Assembly: GCA_035479655.1 (NCBI GenBank)
Contig: DATIIL010000005.1
Location: 166,213 to 190,212, forward strand
Direction of reading: 5' to 3'
Length of the DNA stretch: 24,000 nucleotides
Source of the DNA: Candidatus Saccharimonadales bacterium
Lineage (GTDB): Bacteria > Patescibacteriota > Saccharimonadia > Saccharimonadales > UBA4665
Of this stretch, positions 7,530 to 13,853 are shown piece after piece (the first letter of the stretch is position 1; each line of letters opens with the position of its first letter). The notes beneath the pieces were generated by a model. It worked only from the letters and a program-made list of their open reading frames with translations. It had not been told where the DNA came from and did not search any database. Position numbers and translations under genes: made by a program.

Positions 7530-7561
7530 AAAAAAGATTACCACATTGGTAATCTTTTTTG
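7530..7561 (+). terminator. Rho-independent terminator after rpsP
   Basis: A 9 bp stem agattacca/tggtaatct has an A-run before it and a T6 run after it. A TTGTTATAAT promoter-like box follows. Confidence 0.7.
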
Positions 7562-7601
7562 TTATAATTAGTTAACGAGTTAACTAAAGGAGCTTCCGCG
7601 C

Positions 7602-8027
7602 ATGAGCAGCATAGACCAGCAATTCGTAGAATTTATCGTAAAGTCCCTGGTTGGCAAACCTGACGCCGTACAGATAGAACGGCGCATCGATGAGAAAGGT
7701 GTGTTATTAGAACTAACCGTTGATCCCGAGGATTTGGGTCGGGTAATTGGCAAACGCGGCGCGACCGCACAGTCGCTGCGCACACTGCTGCGCGCCTTGG
7801 GCACCAAGAACGACGCCCGCTACAACCTTAAAATTGTGGATAATGGCGAGCCGGGCATGAGTCACGGTGGTAGCAGCACGAGCGATGACAGTGGTAGCAT
7901 GAGCACGCCGTCTGATGACGACGATGACGCCGTAGCCTCCACCGCCCACGACGACACCGAGTCCGAGAACAGCGTGGTGAGCAAAACCCGCAAAGAGCTA
8001 GAAGAGCTAGACGATCTGGACGTGTAA
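7602..8027 (+). CDS. KH-domain RNA-binding protein (YlqC/KhpA-like) with acidic Ser/Asp tail
   Basis: DLGRVIGKRGATAQSLRTLL contains the GXXG KH motif. AAGGAG lies upstream. The gene sits in the usual position after rpsP. Confidence 0.85.
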   Translation: MSSIDQQFVEFIVKSLVGKPDAVQIERRIDEKGVLLELTVDPEDLGRVIGKRGATAQSLRTLLRALGTKNDARYNLKIVDNGEPGMSHGGSSTSDDSGSMSTPSDDDDDAVASTAHDDTESENSVVSKTRKELEELDDLDV

Positions 8028-8176
8028 ACGTCGGCCGCATAAAAACTGTTGTCAAAGTTCTTACGCTGCGTTACACTGAATTTTAGTCGACCACGACTGA
8101 CCTTAAAAACAAAAACTGTATGAGCTCATGCGAGCCACGTCGTTTGCAAGAACGATCTGGGAGCTTTATATGTGGC

Positions 8177-8207
8177 AAAAAGACCGGCAAATATGTCGGT
8201 CTTTTTG
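8177..8207. terminator. Bidirectional rho-independent terminator
   Basis: The stem agaccg/cggtct is flanked by A5 and T5. It can terminate the KH gene (plus strand) and the GHKL operon (minus strand). Confidence 0.75.
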
Positions 8208-8282
8208 TTTGTCTTTGTTATTTGGCTGAGTATAGTGCCACCGCTCAGACCCGCCACGCACATCGAGATATGCGAGAAGGGA

Positions 8283-8362
8283 GTGAGCGGTGGGCAGAAC
8301 GGGATTCGTTGGGGCCGCTTGCGCGACCTCATACGAGCCGTTCTGCCCACCTGCCTGCTCAC
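8283..8362 (-). other. Long imperfect 3' hairpin of the HTH-GHKL operon
   Basis: gtgagcggtgggcagaacgg (8283-8302) pairs with ccgttctgcccacc..tgctcac (8338-8362) with a 5 nt bulge. The segment tgagcggtgg (8284-8293) is also complementary to ccaccgctca at 8238-8247. Confidence 0.55.
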
Positions 8363-8395
8363 GCAGACAAATCGCTCCTGAGAGGTATTTACTTG

Positions 8396-10066
8396 TTATT
8401 CAGTTTCGTCACCCGCGCGCTTCCGCGAGCGGCTGGCGCTGGGGATGATGATCAGCTCCGCGTAGGGACCGGCCTTCAGGTCGATCGGTGCCCGGGTGAT
8501 CTCCAGGTCCAGTTCCAGCGACAGCGCCACCAGCAGTTCCAGGGTGAGCCACTCCTGTAGGTGCATGATCCTGCGATCGTGCTCCGTGGTGTGCTCACCC
8601 TTGGTTTCGTCCATCAGCACCCATGTGGGATGCCGAATGTTGAACGTCAGGATGCACTCGTCGTGGCTGTATTCCCACAACCGGTCAGAGGCCAGGGCCT
8701 CATGTGCGTACCGAAGCGGGAAACCACGACGCGGATCGTGCGGCCGGCGTTCGGGCCGTGGGCCGACCACCTTACGGCGTTTAGAAGACGTGCCCGTCTT
8801 GGGCGTGGCTTCTTCCCGTCGCTTGGTGGCCGCCAGGGCATCCTCCTGGGAGGGCAGGAACCTGGCCAGGTCGGCCAGATCGCTGTTCTTCCGGAAGAGT
8901 TCGCGCAGCCGTTCCAGCGACCGCTGTCCGAGTCGGGCATGACGCTCCTCGCGCAGCGCTTCGCGCTCGTTCTCGAGGAGGTTGCTGCCGTACCGGCTGA
9001 ACCAGGTATCTACGACGAAGTAGAAGTTGGTCAGCAGGTCGTTGGCCACGAACAGGTCACGGGACTTACCCAGCTCAAGGTGTTCGACGGTGATCATACC
9101 CTCAAAGTAGCCCGAGCGCAGTGCGCTGATGGCTTCCTTGATGGAGTCGATCTGTTGCCACTGCGTCCCCATGAGCTGGGTAGAGAATTTACCCTTGACC
9201 GGGATGGGGTTGTCCGGATCCTCTTTGCTGCGGACCCACACTTCTCCTTCCCGTTGTCCGCTGTCGCCGCGTCGAGCCTTGAACAGCTCGAACGTGACGC
9301 GGCCGCAGACGCTGTCTTCGATGGTGACGATGTCGAGCCGCTCGCCCCGGAATTCATGGGGGTCGATGGTTCGCCATTCCACGCTACCGTCGGCAGCGAT
9401 CAGTACGGCCAGCACCGTAGTGCCCAGGCGCCGCATGGCCGCGCTAAACCGGCCGCGGATGATCGATTCCACGTCGTTGAGCGACGCGATGCCGATCGTC
9501 CTGTCCTGCGTGATCTCGTTGAGACGGACCATAGTCCGCCACCCGTTGATCATCGGCAGGCCGGCCAGCCGGATGAACGGCGCAGCCGGGTTTGGGCTGA
9601 AGGTCGGGCGGGTGGTGAGCGGGATCTGCACGGCCTTTTGGGCCTTGATCTTCTCCTGCTCAAAGGTCCACACGTTGACCACCGGACTGCCCGCGGGTTG
9701 GCTCCAGAACTCGAACAACCGGCACTTGGCCAGCGGCGAGATCAGACCCAGCCCGAAGCGTCCGATGCTTCCCGGCTTCTTGATGCCCTTGCCGACAGTC
9801 AGAAGTGCTTCATTGAATCGCTCTTCCGTCACGCCTTCGCCATTGTCACAGACGATGATCGAGCGCTTGGGAAGGTCGACGCCAATGAAGATCGTCGGAG
9901 CTCCAGCGTCGAGGGCGTTCTGTACGCCTTCGGCCACGGTTTGAGCCAGCGAGGGATAGGTGTTGGAGTACGTCATGAACGTCTCCCCCATGTGCACCCC
10001 CGCATCGACCATCCGGACATCTCCGTGCGGCGGCCGACCCGGCTGAGGGGCCGATTTCGTTGGCAT
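8396..10066 (-). CDS. GHKL-superfamily ATPase (HATPase_c_3 / MORC-like N-terminal domain), 556 aa
   Basis: Bergerat-fold motifs are in order: N box AEGVQNALDAG, G1 box CDNGEGV, G2 box GRFGLGL. AGGAGG lies 4 nt upstream of the ATG at 10066 and overlaps the upstream gene's stop codon. GC3 is high. The C-terminal two-thirds are unassigned. Confidence 0.85.
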   Translation of the reverse strand: MPTKSAPQPGRPPHGDVRMVDAGVHMGETFMTYSNTYPSLAQTVAEGVQNALDAGAPTIFIGVDLPKRSIIVCDNGEGVTEERFNEALLTVGKGIKKPGSIGRFGLGLISPLAKCRLFEFWSQPAGSPVVNVWTFEQEKIKAQKAVQIPLTTRPTFSPNPAAPFIRLAGLPMINGWRTMVRLNEITQDRTIGIASLNDVESIIRGRFSAAMRRLGTTVLAVLIAADGSVEWRTIDPHEFRGERLDIVTIEDSVCGRVTFELFKARRGDSGQREGEVWVRSKEDPDNPIPVKGKFSTQLMGTQWQQIDSIKEAISALRSGYFEGMITVEHLELGKSRDLFVANDLLTNFYFVVDTWFSRYGSNLLENEREALREERHARLGQRSLERLRELFRKNSDLADLARFLPSQEDALAATKRREEATPKTGTSSKRRKVVGPRPERRPHDPRRGFPLRYAHEALASDRLWEYSHDECILTFNIRHPTWVLMDETKGEHTTEHDRRIMHLQEWLTLELLVALSLELDLEITRAPIDLKAGPYAELIIIPSASRSRKRAGDETE

Positions 10067-10074
10067 GACCCCTC

Positions 10075-10818
10075 CTAGTTGTCGGTCGGACGCTGGCCGC
10101 GAGCACGCTGTCCGTCGTGCAGCCGCTCCGAGTTGAGCCCTTCGGTGAGAAGGACCATGTCGAAGACCACCTTCGGACCGACCAGCTCGCGAACTTGCGC
10201 CCGTTGGGCGGGCGTGTAGCGACCCGACATCACTTCCCGAAGCAGCGGTGCGGCCTTGCCGAACGCTTCACCCAGCTGGATGGCGATAGCCATCAAGTCG
10301 GGCGCGCCCGGCGTGGCGTTTGCCGCTGCCGCCGCGGTTGCTACGGGGACGGTCGCGGTGGTGGCAGGTTCGTCACCCGGGTTGTAGGCCCGATCGCCGA
10401 GCTTCTCGCGAAGCTTGGCTTGGGCTTTCTTGAGCCGGTCGCCATACTCCGTTTGCAGCGCGGTGAGCGTCTTCGTCGGCTTCAGGAACTTCGAGTCGCC
10501 GCGGGCGGCATTGAGCACCGCCTGCGACTGCTTGACGTGGCCGATCCGCATGGCCTGTGCCAGGTCGATGACCCGGTAGGCCAGCAACTGCCCGACGTAG
10601 TACTCGAGTTCATTGACCTCGCGCGTCGGACCGTTGACCGCTTCCAACAGGTGCCAGAGGCGGTTGATGTGTGCGCCGGTCGGCGGGTGTTTCCCGCTGA
10701 GCCATCCCTGTACAGTACCAGGAACGGTCACCGTGAAGCCCGCCACCAGGCGGAGGTCGAGTCCTGCTGCACGCAGCTCTTCGACGAGCTGGTTGGCAAG
10801 GCTCCGGCTCTCGGCCAT
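10075..10818 (-). CDS. Putative XRE-like helix-turn-helix protein (247 aa)
   Basis: ORF 10075..10887 trimmed to the ATG at 10818 (MAESRSL...), which has GAGGAGG 5 nt upstream. The N-terminal segment VAGFTVTVPGTVQGWLSGKHPPTGAHINRLWHLL resembles an HTH_XRE motif. The gene appears translationally coupled to the GHKL gene. Confidence 0.75.
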   Translation of the reverse strand: MAESRSLANQLVEELRAAGLDLRLVAGFTVTVPGTVQGWLSGKHPPTGAHINRLWHLLEAVNGPTREVNELEYYVGQLLAYRVIDLAQAMRIGHVKQSQAVLNAARGDSKFLKPTKTLTALQTEYGDRLKKAQAKLREKLGDRAYNPGDEPATTATVPVATAAAAANATPGAPDLMAIAIQLGEAFGKAAPLLREVMSGRYTPAQRAQVRELVGPKVVFDMVLLTEGLNSERLHDGQRARGQRPTDN

Positions 10819-10901
10819 GGCGCCTCCTCTCTTCTTGTGAAACCAGCACCGGCGGTTGCCGATGCTTCTTACAATCTCTCCTCTCAAGAGTGATCATGCT
10901 A

Positions 10902-10930
10902 GTTATACTATTTTTCAGGCTCTGATACAA
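10902..10930 (-). promoter_or_regulatory. Candidate promoter of the HTH-GHKL operon
   Basis: Minus strand reads TTGTAT-17 nt-TATAAC. The leader contains the hairpin gcatcggc-aacc-gccggtgc. Confidence 0.45.
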
Positions 10931-10952
10931 GCATGAGCGTAGCCGTCGGGGC

Positions 10953-10985
10953 ATAATAAAAGAGCCGAACGAGTCGGCTCTTTTG
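10953..10985 (-). terminator. Rho-independent terminator after the LPXTG protein gene
   Basis: An 8 bp stem agagccga/tcggctct is flanked by A and T runs on both sides. Confidence 0.75.
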
Positions 10986-11008
10986 GTTGATTTTCTAGAG
11001 TGTTTGTC

Positions 11009-11659
11009 TTAGGCGTTCTGCGCGCGACGGTGGCGCAAGTAGTAACCGACGTAACCAGCCACAGCGACGATGCTCGAAATGATGAACACGTTGCTACCGG
11101 TACCGGTGTCCGGCAAAACCGGAGGGGTTACTGGCGGCGTAGGAGGGGTCGGTGGGGTCGGAGGAGTCGGCGGGGTAACAGGGGTACAACTCTGAGTACC
11201 ACCGTGCAACGAGCCGAGTAGCAGACCCTTAGTGTATTGCGGGCCACCGTTTGCGTCCGTGGCGTTCGAACCGCGCAGCAGGTCAACCTGGTAGAAGCAG
11301 TCAGGCAATTTTACGTTAATGGTGTGCGTGCCCGGAGCGAACGTTTCGGTTTTGTGGGCAAACAGTTTTTGCTGATCGTAGGGCTGGCCCTTGTCGGCGT
11401 TTGGCGCTTGCCAAGCGGCAAAGGTTACGGCCTGGGTACAGTCGGTGCCGCTCACGATAACCGTGGCGCTCACCGTGCCGTCGTTGTTCAGCACAAAACG
11501 GCTGTTTGATTGACCAACAGTGTCTCTGTTACCAACCGTGGTCACCGTACAGGTGGTCGACGTGCTGGTAGCAGTGTCGGCGCTCACAACAGCGGGGACG
11601 AAGCTCAAAAGGCTTATCACGCTGGCTGCGCCTAGCAGAGTACGCTTAAAAGTATTCAT
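11009..11659 (-). CDS. LPXTG-anchored surface protein with Pro-Thr linker
   Basis: The signal peptide is MNTFKRTLLGAASVISLLSFVPAVVSA. A (TPP)n linker is present. The sorting signal is LPDTG, a hydrophobic segment and RHRRAQNA. AGGAG lies upstream. GC content matches the backbone. Confidence 0.85.
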   Translation of the reverse strand: MNTFKRTLLGAASVISLLSFVPAVVSADTATSTSTTCTVTTVGNRDTVGQSNSRFVLNNDGTVSATVIVSGTDCTQAVTFAAWQAPNADKGQPYDQQKLFAHKTETFAPGTHTINVKLPDCFYQVDLLRGSNATDANGGPQYTKGLLLGSLHGGTQSCTPVTPPTPPTPPTPPTPPVTPPVLPDTGTGSNVFIISSIVAVAGYVGYYLRHRRAQNA

Positions 11660-11692
11660 TTCTCACAAACTCCTCAATAAGTAACAATATGT

Positions 11693-11721
11693 ATTATACT
11701 ATCATAAACACAATATGTCAA
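11693..11721 (-). promoter_or_regulatory. Consensus promoter driving the LPXTG gene, directly after HH-E
   Basis: Minus strand reads TTGACA-17 nt-TATAAT exactly. Confidence 0.7.
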
Positions 11722-11741
11722 GCATGTTACCAAGCTTGCGG

Positions 11742-11792
11742 CCGCTTTCGCTGTTTCCAGCTCATCAGCATGAACACACATTCATGGAGCGG
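11742..11792 (-). ncRNA. Type III hammerhead ribozyme HH-E (canonical core)
   Basis: Minus strand reads CCGC-TC|CATGAA-tgtgtg-TTCATG-CTGATGA-GCTG-gaaa-CAGC-GAAA-GCGG. Predicted cleavage is 3' of the C at 11787. Confidence 0.9.
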
Positions 11793-11890
11793 TAAAGCAG
11801 ACACAGAGTTTGATAGTAGAGTAGGAAGTTGTTTTAGTCCGAGGACCAAAACACCAATCCACATCCACATCTCTGTGAATGCTTTACCGC
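11789..11890 (-). other. Long imperfect 3' UTR hairpin of cassette X1
   Basis: The 20 nt arms gcggtaaagcagacacagag (11789-11808) and ctctgtgaatgctttaccgc (11871-11890) have a 2 nt internal mismatch. An apical stem gtttt.gtc-cgag-gac.aaaac is present. Confidence 0.7.
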
Positions 11891-11947
11891 CCGTTGAAGG
11901 GCAGGCTACTCCCAGAGTGCATGGGTGAGGGTAGTGACCCCTTCAGG

Positions 11948-12655
11948 TTAGACGACCACGATCTTCAGGCCCGGGGGCATGTCGCCGCCGAAGAAGCCGC
12001 GGATGTCGTCTTCGACCTGTTGCTGGATGCGCTGCCGCTCGGCCTCGTACGCCGCTTCAGCCGCTGCCGCCGCGCGCAGTTCGCCCGTCGGGTCGGCGAA
12101 GTCCATGATGACTCCTTCGACCAGCGGGTCGATGTTCTCGTCGTCCTTGTAGAGCGCGGCGACGCGCGTGAAGGCGACGTCGTCGTGCTCCAGGTTGACC
12201 GCCAGCACGTGGCTGACACCGTCGACCGAGAGCAGCCGCTCGCGCAGGCTGTCCAGGTCGTCGACCTGCGGCAGGTCGGCCCCGATGCAGACGTCGCCGC
12301 TCTTGAGCATGACGCTCATGAGGACGCTCTGCAGCGCCGCGATCAGCGTCTCCCGCTGGGCGGGGTCGCTGATGGTGACGGTGCCGATGGCCATGACGGT
12401 CTCGGTGCCGCCGTTGCCGTCGGGTCGCCAGCCGGACTCGGCGTCGTCCATGTCGTGCAGGTCGCGGTCCCAGACCACGGACTGCACGCCGGTGACGCCG
12501 GGGAGCTGAGTCAGCAGCACCAGGTGCTGCCAGTCGTTGGGCACCCGCCCGGCGACGCGGATCTCGATCTGGTCGGGCTCCGTGCCGGCGATGGCGGTGA
12601 ACGAGCCGAAGAACGGCTGGAAGAACGGCCGTTGGTTGTCGGGCGTCTCGAACAT
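11948..12655 (-). CDS. Hypothetical protein, GC-rich cassette cargo family 2 (235 aa)
   Basis: ORF 11948..12712 trimmed to the ATG at 12655 (MFETPDN...), which has AAGGAG 6 nt upstream. GC3 is high. The antisense ORF 11879..12730 is rejected. It shares long identical blocks with 13059..13598. Confidence 0.8.
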   Translation of the reverse strand: MFETPDNQRPFFQPFFGSFTAIAGTEPDQIEIRVAGRVPNDWQHLVLLTQLPGVTGVQSVVWDRDLHDMDDAESGWRPDGNGGTETVMAIGTVTISDPAQRETLIAALQSVLMSVMLKSGDVCIGADLPQVDDLDSLRERLLSVDGVSHVLAVNLEHDDVAFTRVAALYKDDENIDPLVEGVIMDFADPTGELRAAAAAEAAYEAERQRIQQQVEDDIRGFFGGDMPPGLKIVVV

Positions 12656-12694
12656 TCGAAACTCCTTGGTACTCTTCACTTCACTCGCCCAGTG

Positions 12695-12734
12695 CGAGCT
12701 AGCAAAAGGCAAAATATTACCTTCTGTTAGCTCG
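12695..12734 (-). promoter_or_regulatory. 5' leader hairpin of cassette X1
   Basis: The stem cgagcta (12695-12701) pairs with tagctcg (12728-12734), with an inner AAGG/CCTT helix and a ttgcctttt loop motif. The 3' arm can instead form CTCGC-actgg-GCGAG. Confidence 0.55.
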
Positions 12735-12812
12735 TACTGGACGCACTATCAAATACATTGTGTCTGCTAAGGTACTTAGCCATAGGCAAGAAGCCGTTGA
12801 CGAAGCGCACTT

Positions 12813-12841
12813 ATTATACAATTCGCGCGCTTTTATGTCAA
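12813..12841 (-). promoter_or_regulatory. Consensus promoter of cassette X1
   Basis: Minus strand reads TTGACA-17 nt-TATAAT exactly, 10 nt after the 3' end of HH-F. Confidence 0.75.
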
Positions 12842-12850
12842 CGGAGGTAA

Positions 12851-12903
12851 ACCGCTTTCGTCTTTTTAGACTCATCAGCATGAACACGCATTCATGGAGC
12901 GGT
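12851..12903 (-). ncRNA. Type III hammerhead ribozyme HH-F (canonical core)
   Basis: Minus strand reads ACCGC-TC|CATGAA-tgcgtg-TTCATG-CTGATGA-GTCT-aaaa-AGAC-GAAA-GCGGT. Predicted cleavage is 3' of the C at 12897. Confidence 0.9.
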
Positions 12904-13001
12904 AAAGCAGACACAGAGAGTTTGATAGTAGAGTAAGAAGTTGTTTCGTCCGAAGACGAAACACCAACCGCATCCACATCTCTCTGTGAATGCTTTACCG
13001 C
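12899..13001 (-). other. Long imperfect 3' UTR hairpin of cassette X2
   Basis: The 22 nt arms at 12899-12920 and 12980-13001 have the same 2 nt internal mismatch as X1. The apical 8 bp stem at 12943-12962 reads C(UUCG)G on the minus strand. Confidence 0.7.
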
Positions 13002-13058
13002 CCGTTGAAGGGCAGGCTACTCCCAGAGTGCATGGGTGAGGGTAGCGAGCCTTTCAGG

Positions 13059-13598
13059 TCAGACGACGTCCGCCAGGACCTCCTCGATCGTCTCCTCGAC
13101 ACTCGAGTCACCCTGGTACAGGATGGCGATCCGCGTGAGCGGGGCGCCGTGGAGGAGGTTGACCGCCAGCACGTGGCTGACACCGTCGACCGAGAGCAGC
13201 CGCTCGCGCAGGCTGTCCAGGTCGTCGATCGCCGGGATGTCCTCAACGATGCAGTAGTCGTCGTTCAGGAACATGACGCTCTCGATGACGCTCTGCAGCG
13301 TCGCGATCAGCGTCTCCCGCTGGGCGGGGTCGGCGATCGTGATGGTGGCGGTGGCCACGGTCGTGACGGCTTCCACGGCCTCGGCGGCGTTGTGGCTGTC
13401 GGCGAGGTCGCTCAACTCGTGCAGGTCGCGGTCCCAGACCACGGACTGCATGCCGGCGACGCCGGTGAGCAGGGTCTGCAGCACCAGGTGCTGCCACGCA
13501 TTCGGCACCTCGCCCATGATGCGGAGCTCGATGATCTCGGGCTTCACGCCGGCGGCGATGGTGACCGAACCGATGAACGGCACCCTGTCCTCGGACAT
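13059..13598 (-). CDS. Hypothetical protein, GC-rich cassette cargo family 2 (179 aa)
   Basis: ORF 13059..13697 trimmed to the ATG at 13598 (MSEDRVPF...), which has AAGGAG 7 nt upstream. GC3 is high. The antisense ORF 12990..13670 is rejected. Confidence 0.8.
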   Translation of the reverse strand: MSEDRVPFIGSVTIAAGVKPEIIELRIMGEVPNAWQHLVLQTLLTGVAGMQSVVWDRDLHELSDLADSHNAAEAVEAVTTVATATITIADPAQRETLIATLQSVIESVMFLNDDYCIVEDIPAIDDLDSLRERLLSVDGVSHVLAVNLLHGAPLTRIAILYQGDSSVEETIEEVLADVV

Positions 13599-13634
13599 GT
13601 GGTACTCCTTCGTGCTATATACTTCACTCGCCCA

Positions 13635-13680
13635 GTGCGAGCTACCAAAAGGCAACGAATTACCTTCTAGTAGCTCGCAC
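13635..13680 (-). promoter_or_regulatory. 5' leader hairpin of cassette X2
   Basis: A 10 bp stem pairs gtgcgagcta (13635-13644) with tagctcgcac (13671-13680). The loop carries ttgcctttt (minus strand). An alternative CTCGC-actgg-GCGAG hairpin lies downstream. Confidence 0.6.
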
Positions 13681-13761
13681 CGCAGGCGTACTATCAAACA
13701 AATCTAGTGTCTGCTAATGTGCTTTGCCATACGTAATAAAACCGATGACAAAGATAGTAAT

Positions 13762-13790
13762 ATTATACAATTTGATGTTGACTATGTCAA
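13762..13790 (-). promoter_or_regulatory. Consensus promoter of cassette X2
   Basis: Minus strand reads TTGACA-17 nt-TATAAT exactly, about 10 nt after the 3' end of HH-G. Confidence 0.75.
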
Positions 13791-13800
13791 CTAAGTATTG

Positions 13801-13853
13801 ACCGCTTTCGCTGTTTCCAGCTCATCAGCACAAATACACATTTGTGGAGCGGT
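13801..13853 (-). ncRNA. Type III hammerhead ribozyme HH-G (canonical core)
   Basis: Minus strand reads ACCGC-TC|CACAAA-tgtgta-TTTGTG-CTGATGA-GCTG-gaaa-CAGC-GAAA-GCGGT. Predicted cleavage is 3' of the C at 13847. Confidence 0.9.

Noticed and set aside
7380-8027. Separate small genes within the Ala/Glu-rich tail of bS16 and the Ser/Asp-rich tail of the KH protein
   Set aside because: These are in-frame low-complexity C-terminal extensions of the same ORFs. The overlapping antisense ORFs (7221-7502, 7713-7949, 7828-8055) have no independent support.
8207-8290. An eighth hammerhead downstream of the GHKL gene
   Set aside because: The minus strand contains CTGAGCG but no CUGAUGA core and no correctly placed GAAA. 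Only the hairpin and alternative-pairing architecture is shared.
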